DNA from: Myxococcota bacterium
Lineage (GTDB): Bacteria; Myxococcota_A; UBA796; UBA2385
Direction: 5' to 3'
NCBI GenBank assembly: GCA_044344255.1
Contig: JBIJDH010000009.1
Location: 191,251-255,250 of the forward strand
DNA: 64,000 nt
Part shown: in pieces, positions 1 through 9,680 of the stretch
Layout: the number at the start of each line of letters is the position of its first letter
How positions within the stretch are numbered: position 1 is the stretch's first letter
Translations under genes and position numbers: made by a program
The notes under the pieces: model-generated
Told to the model about the DNA's origin: nothing
Seen by the model: only the letters and a program-made list of their open reading frames with translations
The model's database searches: none

Positions 1-561
1 GGCCCCGGAGACGAGGCCCCGCAGCAGCTCGCGGGGGGTGTCGAGGAGCGTCTCGGGCACGAGCGCGGTCGCGACCACCACGCCGAGGCCCACCGACGCG
101 GCCCCGGCGAGGGCGCCCTGGAGCAGACGCTCCCTCTCGCGGGGCCCACCGTCGAGCCACACCGCGCCCAGCCCGGCCATCGCGCCGCCGACGACCACCT
201 GGAGCGCCGTCAGGCCGGAGGTGGCTCCCCCGCCCACACCGGCGGACGAGAGGAGCACGGAGAGCGTCGAGGGGCCCCGGAGCAGGGCGCCGGAGAGCAG
301 CGTCCCCGCGAAGACCAGCCCACCGACGCCGAGCGCCGGCCCAGGGCGGGTGATGAAGGCGGCGACGAGGCCGGCCGCCAGCACGAGCGCGAAGCTGATG
401 TCCGGCCAGGCGGCGCCCAGCCCGGCCAGCGAGGTGGCGCCGGCGACCCCGGCCGCCGTGAGGGCCCAGGCCGCCTCCCGTCGGTACAGGCTGCGGGCCG
501 AGGCGGGATCGAATCGATATCGCCCGACCGTCTCGACGGCGGGCTCAGCGGCTGTCGGCAC
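1..561 (-). CDS. Hypothetical multi-pass membrane protein, 3' end beyond window edge
   Basis: Not in the ORF track. Read by hand: GTG at 561-559, preceded by GAAGGAGGAGG, overlaps the VWA gene stop. The frame is open to position 1 with several hydrophobic Ala/Gly/Leu segments (ISFALVLAAGLVAAFI). Confidence 0.65.
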   Translation of the reverse strand, partial: MPTAAEPAVETVGRYRFDPASARSLYRREAAWALTAAGVAGATSLAGLGAAWPDISFALVLAAGLVAAFITRPGPALGVGGLVFAGTLLSGALLRGPSTLSVLLSSAGVGGGATSGLTALQVVVGGAMAGLGAVWLDGGPRERERLLQGALAGAASVGLGVVVATALVPETLLDTPRELLRGLVSGA

Positions 562-1954
562 GGGCCTCCTCCTTCGACTTCTTCAGCTGGTAATTTCCCG
601 CCTCGGAGGAGGCCGGAGCCGCCGCGAAGGCCCCTCGCTGGCTGGCGTAATGAGCGGCCTGCTCACCGAGGCCGGCGTCGCCCAGGGACACGCTGGCCTC
701 GGTCAGCAGGTCCTCGGCCTCTTGGATGCGGGCCTGGTTGGCGAGGAGGTCGCCGTCCTGCCAGGCCCGGGCGCCCGCGTCGAGGAGCTGGGCGGAGCGG
801 GCCTGCACCGCCTTACGCGCCACGCCCCGATCGACCGAGGCCCGCGCCTGCCCGGGGTCGGGGGTGATGGTGGCCACGACGCGGTCACCGGTAGACACCC
901 CGTCGCCAGAGTCGGGATCGGCGTAGCGCAGCGAGACGTCGGCGATCGAGACCGGCCCGAGGTCTCGGTCGGGGACGTGGACGCGGGCCACGATCTTGCG
1001 GGTCTCACCGCCGTGGATGTCGCCGAGGAAGACGTGGTAGCCGTCCCGATCGCGGGATCCGGCGTAGCCGTAGATCTCCGCCACCTCGACGCCAGGCGGG
1101 AGCTTGAGGTCGACGGTCGCGGCCCGGCCGGCGATGCTCGTCATCTGGCGGAGCTCGGCGGTGAAGAGCTCGGCGAGCTGGCCCGGTCGATCGACGAAGC
1201 GGTAGCTCCCGCCGCCCGCGTCCCCCATCGCCGCGAGCAGGTCCTCGTTGAATTCGAGGCCGAGGCCGAGCGCGCTCACCGTGACCCCCTCTGAAGCGAG
1301 CGAGCCCGCCTGGCGGACGAGCTCGGCGGGCTGCGTGACGCCGATGTTGGCCATGCCGTCCGAGAGGATGACCACGCGCTTGACCGCCTCCTCAGCCGGA
1401 TCGCGGAGCTGGGAGAGGCCCATCTCCAGGCCGTCCCAGAGGTTCGTGCCGCCGGCGGGCTTGATGCCCTGAATGAGCGTCTTGAGCTGGGGGGCGTCCA
1501 CGGGGCCGGAGGGGGCGAGGAGCTTCGCCCGATCCGAGAAGGTGACGAGGGAGAAGCGGTCCTCCGGTCGGAGCAAGTCAACCAGCTCAGCGGCGGCCAT
1601 CCGCGCGTTCTCCATCTTGCCGCGGGCGGCCATCGAGCCCGAGACGTCCATCACCACGGCGAGGCTGACCGGCCGGCGGAGGTCGCCCTGCAGCTCGGGG
1701 GCGATCACCTCGACGACGAGGTAGCGGTCTTCGCCGGCCCCTTGGAGGATCGAGCCCTGATCGAGGGAGGCATCGACCCGCAGCGCGCCCACGCCGGTCG
1801 GGACCGTCGGCGGGGCCTCGGGGGGCAGCGGCAGGTCGGGCGTCGGGGGCTGCGGTGCGCCTCCGCCGAGGCCGCCCACCCGCCAGTTAGGGACCAGGGC
1901 CGCCGTGAGGAGGGCGGCGCCCGCCAGGGCCAGGGTGAGGGACGAGCGGTTCAT
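545..1954 (-). CDS. VWA-domain protein (YfbK / Ca-activated chloride channel family-like) with N-terminal signal or anchor
   Basis: MIDAS motif DVSGSM, plus GGTNL, ILSDG.AN and GLGLEFNE. Confidence 0.9.
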   Translation of the reverse strand: MNRSSLTLALAGAALLTAALVPNWRVGGLGGGAPQPPTPDLPLPPEAPPTVPTGVGALRVDASLDQGSILQGAGEDRYLVVEVIAPELQGDLRRPVSLAVVMDVSGSMAARGKMENARMAAAELVDLLRPEDRFSLVTFSDRAKLLAPSGPVDAPQLKTLIQGIKPAGGTNLWDGLEMGLSQLRDPAEEAVKRVVILSDGMANIGVTQPAELVRQAGSLASEGVTVSALGLGLEFNEDLLAAMGDAGGGSYRFVDRPGQLAELFTAELRQMTSIAGRAATVDLKLPPGVEVAEIYGYAGSRDRDGYHVFLGDIHGGETRKIVARVHVPDRDLGPVSIADVSLRYADPDSGDGVSTGDRVVATITPDPGQARASVDRGVARKAVQARSAQLLDAGARAWQDGDLLANQARIQEAEDLLTEASVSLGDAGLGEQAAHYASQRGAFAAAPASSEAGNYQLKKSKEEARADSR

Positions 1955-2085
1955 GGGGGCCTCCGAGGTCGCGGATCGCTGTAGTGCAGGACAACGACCG
2001 GGAGAACCAGTTCCTTACACCTGCATCATCGCCACACCGTCACCCACGCCATCCGCCGGCTCGGCTCGGCTCGGCGACCCGGCGC

Positions 2086-2904
2086 TCAGACCCAGGCGTT
2101 GTTCATGATCTCGCCCACACCGCCCGCGCCGGGCACGATGTACTGGGTCCCGTTGAGGCCCACCTCATCGGTCCACCGCGCGCCGGGCTCGGCCTCGAGG
2201 ACGTCGCCCGCGGAGAGCCCCCGATCGAGGCGGATGGCCACCACGTCGAGGTCAGGGAACTCCTGGGTCACTCGCATCAGGTATTCGGGCGTGACGATCA
2301 GGTGCACCGCCACCACCCTGCGGGGCGGCCCGCCCTCGAGGCCGTGGTAACGGCGGATGACGGCCGAGAGGCTCGAACCGGTGGCGGCCATCGGATCGGG
2401 GATGAGGACCGTCGCGCCGGCGACCGGCCCACCGATCTTGCTGGCGTCCATCTGCACGCCGACCACCTGGTGCTCGGCGTTCGTGGCCCGGCTCGAGACG
2501 ATGTGGTCCTGGCGGAGGCCGTCGGGGTCGATGATCTGGTGGAGCCCGTGGTACAGCCGGTGTGAGGGCAAGATCCCCGCTCGGGCGATGTCGACCACCA
2601 CCACCTGCTGCGCGCGATCGATACACTCGCCGCGGTAGACGGCCTCGGCGGGGTGCAGGCGCGCCATGCGGGTCGGCACCTCCACCGGCTTCGTCGTCAG
2701 GAAGCGGCTCGAGACCTCGGCCAGGAGCCAGTCATAGAGCGCGCAGACGAGGTCATTGATCTGGGGCTGCACCGTTGGCTCCGCGCAGAGCCGGGTCAGC
2801 ATCGACATCGGATAGGGCTCGCTCAGGATGTGCACCCGAGGTCCGTACTGGTGCTGGAGCCCGCCGGCGGGCCGCGGGAGGTTCTGGTACTGGGAGTCGG
2901 ACAT
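2086..2904 (-). CDS. upp: Uracil phosphoribosyltransferase (divergent type)
   Basis: IARAG, PRPP-binding PDPMAATGSS and C-terminal YIVPGAGGVG motifs. Confidence 0.85.
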   Translation of the reverse strand: MSDSQYQNLPRPAGGLQHQYGPRVHILSEPYPMSMLTRLCAEPTVQPQINDLVCALYDWLLAEVSSRFLTTKPVEVPTRMARLHPAEAVYRGECIDRAQQVVVVDIARAGILPSHRLYHGLHQIIDPDGLRQDHIVSSRATNAEHQVVGVQMDASKIGGPVAGATVLIPDPMAATGSSLSAVIRRYHGLEGGPPRRVVAVHLIVTPEYLMRVTQEFPDLDVVAIRLDRGLSAGDVLEAEPGARWTDEVGLNGTQYIVPGAGGVGEIMNNAWV

Positions 2905-2922
2905 CAGGCGCTCCGCGGCGGT

Positions 2923-4809
2923 TCAGCCGGAAGGTGAGGGGGCGTCCAGCCAATCCACCAGCAGCTCGACCGTGCGCAGCACGGTGTCGAGGGTGCCATC
3001 CTGGACGAGGCGGGTCGCGAAGGGGAGGGGGCCGGGGAGGTCACGCTCAGAGACAAGGAGGGCGGCGCCGACCTCCGGGGCCTCGACCACGCGAAGCAGC
3101 GGGTCAACCACTCCTCGATCGCGGAGCCGCGCGAAGGGGTCGCCGGCCAAGAGATCGTGGTGCTCGGCGAGGAGGTCGGAGAGGAGGGCCGGCGCTTGGG
3201 CCAGCCGCGGCGGCTCACCTTTGAGCAGGCCGCCCAGCCGATCGACGATGCGCCAGGTCTCGTCCGCCTGGAGCAGCGGCGAGGCGAGCGGGAGGAGCGT
3301 GCTCCAGGCCGAACCCTCACCGACGATCGCGGCCTCCACGACGGCGAGGGCCACGGGGAGGTCCATCGGACGGGCGCCATCTGGGCAGCCGGCGGTGTCT
3401 AGCTCGCTCGGGTCTATGATGATGTGCAGCAGGCCTGCAAAGGCGGCGTCGGCGCCGGGGGCGCCCTCCACGGCCACCAGCAAGGCCTCGATGGGGGGCA
3501 GCATCCCGCGGTCCCAGGCGAGATCGACGACACCGACGACGCTTGGGATGCGGCTCTCGTCGCCGCCGTCTTGGCGCACCGCGGCGAGCAGATCGAGCAT
3601 CACCCGCAGCAGGGGCAGGGAGGGTTCGTCGCTCAGGCGGTCCACGGCGGCGAGGTCTTCGACCATGTCACTCGACAGCCCGTCGCAGACGCCGAGGTCC
3701 GCCCCGGTGCGGAGCAGGAAGTCGAGCAGCGCGTTGTCGAGCAGCCCAGCGAGGATGGGGATGCCGGCCTCTACGGTGTCAGCGGGGATGAGGGCGAGGA
3801 GGTCGAGCACGAGCACCGCGAGGTTGTCGGTCGAGACCAACCCGCAGTCCACCGGCCCGTTCGCGCTCGCCAAGAGCCGGATGAAGCGGGAGAGGGCCGA
3901 GACCTCGCCCACACCGAGCGCGCCGCCGTCGACGTCCACGATCGCGAGGTGGGTGACGCCCGAGAGGATGGGCAACATGTCGCCCGCGGCGTCGCGCTCG
4001 ATCATCCGCTCGGTGAGATCGTCGATCACCGCATGATCGGAGAGGATGATGCGCAGATCGTCGCTCGCTGCGGCGAAGAAGGTCCCGCCCGCCGGGGAGG
4101 CGACGAGGATCCCCGTCAGGTCTCGGAGGGCCGGCGCCGCGAGGACCATCGCCGGGCCGAGGTGCTCTGCGAGGGCAGCACGCGTGTCCGCGGTGGCCTC
4201 GGACCGCATCAGCCCCTGATAAGTGCATACGGCGTCGTCCAGGTGGGGCGAGGCGGGCAGATCGGCGACAAAGGCCAATATATCGTCGCCTTCGTCGAGG
4301 AGCACCGCGGAGGAGAGGGACAACAGCGGCACAGCGGGGGCGATGAGCCCCCCCGCGACCGCGCTGCCCTCGGCCTGCCCCCAAGGGTCGAGCGCCTCCA
4401 CCTGCTCGTAGGGGCGGGCATAGACGAGCTCGACGAACATCTCGGCGACCAGGGGCACCCGATCGACGTTCTCCTCATACAGCGCCATGAGCCCTTCGAA
4501 CAGGCCGGCGAGATCGACCTCTCCGTCACCGGCCTCGGCCGCGAGGCCCACGAGCTCTCCACCCACCGTCTGTCCGCCGCGGGTGGGCGCGTCGAGGGCG
4601 ACGTCCAGGGAGGAGAGGGGATCGAAGTCGCCCGTGCGGTTCAGACAGTCGAAGAGCGTATGGAGCTCGGTGTTATCGGCCGCATCCACCCCGTCCCCGA
4701 GGTTGACCTCCCAACAGGGGCCGGCAGGCACGAGCTGATCGGACCAACGGGGCGTCGTGTCAGGACCGCACCCGCCCAACACAAGGAAGAGCGGGGTGGC
4801 CAGCCTCAC
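2923..4809 (-). CDS. Hypothetical large helical lipoprotein
   Basis: GTG start just after the upstream stop gives a lipobox (LVLGGC). The 40 extra N-terminal codons of the track ORF overlap the upstream gene. Confidence 0.7.
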   Translation of the reverse strand: MRLATPLFLVLGGCGPDTTPRWSDQLVPAGPCWEVNLGDGVDAADNTELHTLFDCLNRTGDFDPLSSLDVALDAPTRGGQTVGGELVGLAAEAGDGEVDLAGLFEGLMALYEENVDRVPLVAEMFVELVYARPYEQVEALDPWGQAEGSAVAGGLIAPAVPLLSLSSAVLLDEGDDILAFVADLPASPHLDDAVCTYQGLMRSEATADTRAALAEHLGPAMVLAAPALRDLTGILVASPAGGTFFAAASDDLRIILSDHAVIDDLTERMIERDAAGDMLPILSGVTHLAIVDVDGGALGVGEVSALSRFIRLLASANGPVDCGLVSTDNLAVLVLDLLALIPADTVEAGIPILAGLLDNALLDFLLRTGADLGVCDGLSSDMVEDLAAVDRLSDEPSLPLLRVMLDLLAAVRQDGGDESRIPSVVGVVDLAWDRGMLPPIEALLVAVEGAPGADAAFAGLLHIIIDPSELDTAGCPDGARPMDLPVALAVVEAAIVGEGSAWSTLLPLASPLLQADETWRIVDRLGGLLKGEPPRLAQAPALLSDLLAEHHDLLAGDPFARLRDRGVVDPLLRVVEAPEVGAALLVSERDLPGPLPFATRLVQDGTLDTVLRTVELLVDWLDAPSPSG

Positions 4810-4819
4810 GAGCGCACTC

Positions 4820-5419
4820 TCAGTCGAACATGTAGCGGAGACCGACGTAGACGTTCTCGCCCACGTAGAACCGCTTTCGGTACCGACCGGTGAAGGCGAG
4901 GTTCGCGGCGAGCTGGAAGTTGTCCCCAAGCATCTTGCTCACGCCGACCGCGGGCTCGAAGACGAGGAACTCGCTCTTGTCGAGGGTGGCGAAGCCAGAG
5001 CCTACCATCGTGGTCAAGATGAGCTGGGTGTCGGTGGGGTCACCATAGAGGCCCCACTGGGCGCCGATCGTCATCACGCCGACCTTCCGGATGGGCTGCT
5101 CAGCGTCGGGCGGGAAGGTGTACTCGTGGCTCTTGTCTTCCTGGCTGAGGTCAGGGGTGTTCAAGGGCATGTCGCCGAGGAAGTAAATGCGGGCCATACC
5201 GTTGACCCGGTCCTCCCGGTCACCGAGGAGGACCTCGCCGCCGAGGGAGAAGTTGGGGCGATGCTGGACGTCCACGCCCTGCTCGCCGTCGTCCCGGTAG
5301 TAGTAGGCCCGCCCCTCATGCAGTCCACCCGCGCCGAGGAGACCGAAGCCGCCCGCGTAGGCCACACCAGAGCTGAGGAGGAGGGCAAGCCCGGCACCGA
5401 TCGTGGGGAGAGAGCGCAT
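4820..5419 (-). CDS. Small outer-membrane beta-barrel-like protein
   Basis: Signal peptide ending AYA, alternating hydrophobic strands, C-terminal YVGLRYMFD. Confidence 0.7.
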   Translation of the reverse strand: MRSLPTIGAGLALLLSSGVAYAGGFGLLGAGGLHEGRAYYYRDDGEQGVDVQHRPNFSLGGEVLLGDREDRVNGMARIYFLGDMPLNTPDLSQEDKSHEYTFPPDAEQPIRKVGVMTIGAQWGLYGDPTDTQLILTTMVGSGFATLDKSEFLVFEPAVGVSKMLGDNFQLAANLAFTGRYRKRFYVGENVYVGLRYMFD

Positions 5420-5542
5420 GAGTCGTCCACACCAGGTCGAAGATTTGGGTCGGGATCATCGCCGTGAGATGGCCCGGGCATCTCATATAGGCATGCTTCG
5501 ATTGCATAGCCGATCGGTGGGCCTTCGGGCAAGGGTAGGCCC

Positions 5543-6022
5543 TCAGCCGCTGTCCGCCGTATCACCCGCGACCGGCGCGGCCTGAACCTCGAAGGGCACC
5601 GTGTTGCTCTGCCCGTGGGCGTTTAAGATCCAGAGCGTGGTGGCCCCTGCGGGGGCCTCGGGCACCGTGAAGGTGAACGACTCCACGCAGGTCGTCGCGC
5701 AGACCTGATCGCAGTCGTCGCAGTCCCCGCAGGCGAGGCAGTCTGCGGCGGCGCGACACTCGTCACAGCCCGCGCTCCCGTCGGCCTGGTCGGCCTCACA
5801 GCTGCTTCGATCGAGCGACTCGAGCGGCACTGGCAGCCCGCCCAGGTACAGCGCGGTGTCGTAGTCGGCCGTCAGCGGGCTGCCGCGCACCGTCACCAAG
5901 GTGCCCGGCACCCCAGCCGCCGGCTCCGGCGCCTGCAAGGTGATGTCGCAGCGCTGCGCGAGGGGAGTGGAGGTGGAGGAGCAGGCCACGAGGGCCAGCA
6001 CCACGAGGAGACACCGCTTCAT
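5543..6022 (-). CDS. Cys-rich lipoprotein with IPT/TIG-like Ig fold
   Basis: Lipobox LVAC; P-AGVPGTLVTVRG...FTVP...N-HG-SN-VPF TIG pattern with a Cys/Asp-rich insertion. Confidence 0.7.
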   Translation of the reverse strand: MKRCLLVVLALVACSSTSTPLAQRCDITLQAPEPAAGVPGTLVTVRGSPLTADYDTALYLGGLPVPLESLDRSSCEADQADGSAGCDECRAAADCLACGDCDDCDQVCATTCVESFTFTVPEAPAGATTLWILNAHGQSNTVPFEVQAAPVAGDTADSG

Positions 6023-6035
6023 CGAGACCACCTGT

Positions 6036-9000
6036 TCAAAATCCGCCCGTCAGGAGCTCTTCCGTGGACTTCTGGCCGATCACCGCGCCATTGTTGGCGG
6101 GGGCGGTGCCGGGCAGCATCGGGACCGACCGGCCGCCGGCCGCCGCTTCACCCGTGGACTCATCGATCGAGACGAACTCGACCCCCGGGAGGGGAGGGAA
6201 GGTCCCCGCATGTCCCTTTGGCGCGGCGACCTCCATGTATTGCATCCAGATGGGCAGGGCCGTGTCACCGCCGGTGAAGGAGATGCCGATGCTGCGCGGC
6301 TTGTCGTAGCCGACCCAAGCGGCCGCCACGATCTTCGCTGAATAGCCCACGAACCAGGCGTCGAAGAAGTCGTTCGTGGTGCCGGTCTTTCCCGCCACCT
6401 CGATGCCGAGCCGGTTCGACTTCGCCGCGGTGCCCCCGGTGGCCACCTCGCGGAGCAGCCAGTGACCGATGCCCGCGACGGCAGGATCCATCACCTGGGG
6501 CCATCCGCCCACGGGGGGGGTCCACTCCTCGATGACCGTGTCGTCCCGGTCGCGGACGCGGTTGATCCAATGCGGCTCGACGAGGTGCCCGTAGGTCGCG
6601 AAGGCGCTGTAGGCCCGCGCGAGCTCCACCATGGTAAGCGAGCTCGATCCAAGGCCCATGCTCAGATCGCAGGTACGACAGAGCACCTGGCCGGCCTCAT
6701 CCCGGCGAGGGTCGGTGCAGTGGTCCCCCTCGGGGAACTTCTCGATCGGCAGCCAGTCGCAGACGCGCAGGTTCACGTCGCAGGAGTGACACCAGGAGTT
6801 GCCGTCGAGGGTGGAGGGCTCGTCCAAGCACTGCAGATCACCCTGGTAGTTCGCCTTGTGGCCCTGTACGACCTGTTCTCCCTGCCCGGTGAGCACCAGC
6901 GGGCAGCTCGTGGGGTCACAGGACTCACACCAGCTCATCCCATCGACCGCCGACGGCGTGATGGAGCCCTTGCAAGTGAGCTCCGCCTCATCGGTCGCGA
7001 CGTGCGTGCGCGAACAGGAGGGCTCGGGGTAACCGATCCGAAGGGAGGGGCCCGCAAGCTCAAAAACAGGATCAAGGCCGATCTTGTCAAGAACCCGAAC
7101 CGTACAGACGTTACGAGACATCTGGAGTGCTCGGCGGAGCGTGATGTTGCCGAGGTACTCATCCCCGTAATTCGTCGGCTTCCAGAGCTTGTTCCCGATG
7201 GTCGCGAAGACGGTGGGGGCATCCTGAACGATCGTGCCGGCGGTGAACTGCCGAGTCCCGATCGCCGCGGCGTACACGACCGGCTTGAAGGTGGAGCCCA
7301 CCTGCCGTTGGGACTGTGTCGCCCGGTTGAATTCCGATCCCGCGAAGTCCGTGCCGCCCACCATCGAGAGCACCGCCCCGTCGCCGAGGCGGATGGCCAG
7401 GAAGGCGCCTTGGAGCGCCGTCGGCTGATGGAGACGAACCGCCGCGAAGGGACCTTTGCCCGCCGCGGTGTACCCGCGCAGGTTGTCGACCTCGGTCGAG
7501 GACAGGGCCTCCACCTCGACCTGGACCCGGTCGCCCTTCCGCAGGGCGGCGGTGAGGTCGCCCAGGCTGCGGCCCTTGTAGGATCTGCTGGCGTCGGGCT
7601 TATAGGCCCAGGTGGTCCAAGAGAGCGGGATGAGCGCCCGGTGCGCCCCGACGCCGACGACCGCGTGCTTGGGAGCCACCTCGAGCACCACGGCCTCGTA
7701 GACCCTCCCCACCTCGAGGGTGGAGCGCTCCGGCGTCGGGTCGTGGCCACCCACGGACGGATCGGCGAGCCGCAGGTGACGGTGCGAGATCTCCTCCCGC
7801 AGCTGGCCCTCCTGCTGATCGAGCCAGGGCTGGATCTGAGCGTCGTCCAAGGTCTCCGTCGCGCCGCGCCAACCGACCTTCTGGTCGCTCGTCCGCACGC
7901 CGTCCGTGACGGCAGACTGCGCCACCCGCTGGAGCTCGAGATCACAGGTGGAGTCCACGACGAGGCCGTCGTTGTAGACCTTGTCGAAGCCGTAGGTGTC
8001 GACGAGGTAGCGGCGAATATGCTCGGTGAAGTAGGGCGCTGCGACCAGGAACTCGTTCGTCTCGGGCACGATGTCGACCGGGGCGTCGAGCGCGGCCTTC
8101 TCCTGCTCGCGGGTGATGAAGCCCTTCTCCCGCATCTGCGTGAGGACGTACTCCTGGCGGACCCGAGCCTTCTCCCAGTGGATGTGCGGAGAGTAGTCGC
8201 TCGGGCGCTGGGGCAGGCCAGCCAGGATGGCCGCCTCCCCGAGATCGAGGTCCGCGACGTGCTTGCCGAAGTAGGAGCGCGCGGCCGCCTCCACCCCGTA
8301 GGAGTGGGAGCCGAGGTAGATCTGGTTCAAGTAGAGGAAGAGGATGTGCTTCTTGTCGAAGGCCTCCTCGATGCGCCGGGAGAGGATCACCTCGCGGATC
8401 TTCCGCTCGTAGGACTTCTCGTTGGTGAGGAGAAAGTTCCTCGCGACCTGCATGGTGATGGTCGAGGCGCCCTGGGCCTTCTTGCCCTTCGACAGGTTGC
8501 GACCCACCGCACGGACGATGCCCTCGTAGTCCACACCCGAGTGTGTCCAGAATTTGGCGTCCTCCGATGCGATGAACGCGTCTTGCACCACCTTGGGGAT
8601 CTCCTCGAGCGGCACGACGTAGCGCCGCTTCTCGTAGATCTCCCCCAGCAAGCGCCCCTGGTTGTCGTAGACGACGGTGACGGTGGGCGGTCGATATCGA
8701 CCCAGCGCGTCCACCGTCGGCAGATCTCGACCGTAATACCAGAAGACCCCGGCCACCCCGCCGCCCGCGGCGAGGCCGCCCAGGAGGGCGAAGACGAAGA
8801 GGAAGACGAGGCCCCTCAAGAGCCAGGACTTCGATCTCCTCTGGGGTGGCGTCGTGGGAGCCGGCGCAGGTCGATCGGCCGCGGGGCGAGCGGGTATTCG
8901 CTGGGTGTCTTCCAGGGGGTGGGGCGCCGCGGCGCGCGACGAGACGGGATCCGTCGGGGGCGGAGGCGTCGAGGGCGGAGCAGGGGAGGGCCGTGGTGCC

Positions 9001-9338
9001 GGCGGCGGGGTCGGCGCGGCGACGGGCGAGGGCGGCGGCCCGGTTGGCCAGACCCGCTCCGGCGCCACCCCATGCATCGTCGGGCCGTCTTCGTCCTCGG
9101 GGAGGCTGGGCACGGGGAGGCTGGGCTCCGCGCTGGGTCGGGGGTGCGCCGGCGCAGGCTCCGGATCACCGGCGAATCGAACCCCCTTCGCCCGCAGCCG
9201 ACCCACGAGGTCGACCGGGTAGGTGATGGTCAGCATCCGGGCGCAGCGATGGCAGTGGACCTCCGCGCCGGGCAGCGGGTAGGGCTGATCGAGGCGGCGC
9301 GGGGCTCCGCAATGGGGGCAGGTGATCTTGAGCGCCAT
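6036..9338 (-). CDS. mrcA: Class A penicillin-binding protein 1A with N-terminal zinc ribbon
   Basis: Glycosyltransferase motifs EDAKF.H.G, GASTITMQ and RKIRE. Transpeptidase motifs STFK, SRN and KTGT. Start taken at MALKITCPHC (ATG 9338). Confidence 0.9.
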   Translation of the reverse strand: MALKITCPHCGAPRRLDQPYPLPGAEVHCHRCARMLTITYPVDLVGRLRAKGVRFAGDPEPAPAHPRPSAEPSLPVPSLPEDEDGPTMHGVAPERVWPTGPPPSPVAAPTPPPAPRPSPAPPSTPPPPTDPVSSRAAAPHPLEDTQRIPARPAADRPAPAPTTPPQRRSKSWLLRGLVFLFVFALLGGLAAGGGVAGVFWYYGRDLPTVDALGRYRPPTVTVVYDNQGRLLGEIYEKRRYVVPLEEIPKVVQDAFIASEDAKFWTHSGVDYEGIVRAVGRNLSKGKKAQGASTITMQVARNFLLTNEKSYERKIREVILSRRIEEAFDKKHILFLYLNQIYLGSHSYGVEAAARSYFGKHVADLDLGEAAILAGLPQRPSDYSPHIHWEKARVRQEYVLTQMREKGFITREQEKAALDAPVDIVPETNEFLVAAPYFTEHIRRYLVDTYGFDKVYNDGLVVDSTCDLELQRVAQSAVTDGVRTSDQKVGWRGATETLDDAQIQPWLDQQEGQLREEISHRHLRLADPSVGGHDPTPERSTLEVGRVYEAVVLEVAPKHAVVGVGAHRALIPLSWTTWAYKPDASRSYKGRSLGDLTAALRKGDRVQVEVEALSSTEVDNLRGYTAAGKGPFAAVRLHQPTALQGAFLAIRLGDGAVLSMVGGTDFAGSEFNRATQSQRQVGSTFKPVVYAAAIGTRQFTAGTIVQDAPTVFATIGNKLWKPTNYGDEYLGNITLRRALQMSRNVCTVRVLDKIGLDPVFELAGPSLRIGYPEPSCSRTHVATDEAELTCKGSITPSAVDGMSWCESCDPTSCPLVLTGQGEQVVQGHKANYQGDLQCLDEPSTLDGNSWCHSCDVNLRVCDWLPIEKFPEGDHCTDPRRDEAGQVLCRTCDLSMGLGSSSLTMVELARAYSAFATYGHLVEPHWINRVRDRDDTVIEEWTPPVGGWPQVMDPAVAGIGHWLLREVATGGTAAKSNRLGIEVAGKTGTTNDFFDAWFVGYSAKIVAAAWVGYDKPRSIGISFTGGDTALPIWMQYMEVAAPKGHAGTFPPLPGVEFVSIDESTGEAAAGGRSVPMLPGTAPANNGAVIGQKSTEELLTGGF

Positions 9339-9542
9339 CCCGGTTTCCCGATGAGGAGGGGCCGCCTTAAAGGGCGCAGTGCTCCACGTCAACGGCGCCG
9401 ACGAGGTCCTCAGGGCCTCCCTCGTGTGCGGAGCGCCTCCCATCCGAGGGGACGCCGCCGGGCCGAGCGGTGTTCTGAGCCCGGAGGTCTGAGCACGATG
9501 GTCCGGGCCGCCCCAGCGGCGGCTCGCTCGACCCTCGCTCGA

Positions 9543-9572
9543 TTGACAGCCTCCGAGAGGTGCCCATATGTT
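9543..9572 (+). promoter_or_regulatory. Candidate sigma70 promoter for the S41 peptidase
   Basis: TTGACA-18 nt-TATGTT in the divergent intergenic region. Confidence 0.5.
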
Positions 9573-9680
9573 CGCTCAGAGGGTCTCCGCCGGTCCGGTC
9601 CGGCATGAGCGCTCGGCCGCCCATCGGCCCTCCCAAGCCCGAACCCCGACACCCGACCCCGGTCCTCCGGCGGAGATGGG

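Noticed and set aside
6664..7035. PBP1A insertion as an intein or multiheme cytochrome
   Set aside because: No intein terminal HN-C/S/T signature or LAGLIDADG motifs, and no CxxCH.
6462..9608. 1048-aa plus-strand ORF, and similar giant ORFs at 9576-12533, 21837-25787, 42071-46741, 51215-54106 and 60478-63501
   Set aside because: Antisense shadows of well-supported genes. High GC3 codon bias suppresses stops on the opposite strand, and they have no recognisable motifs.
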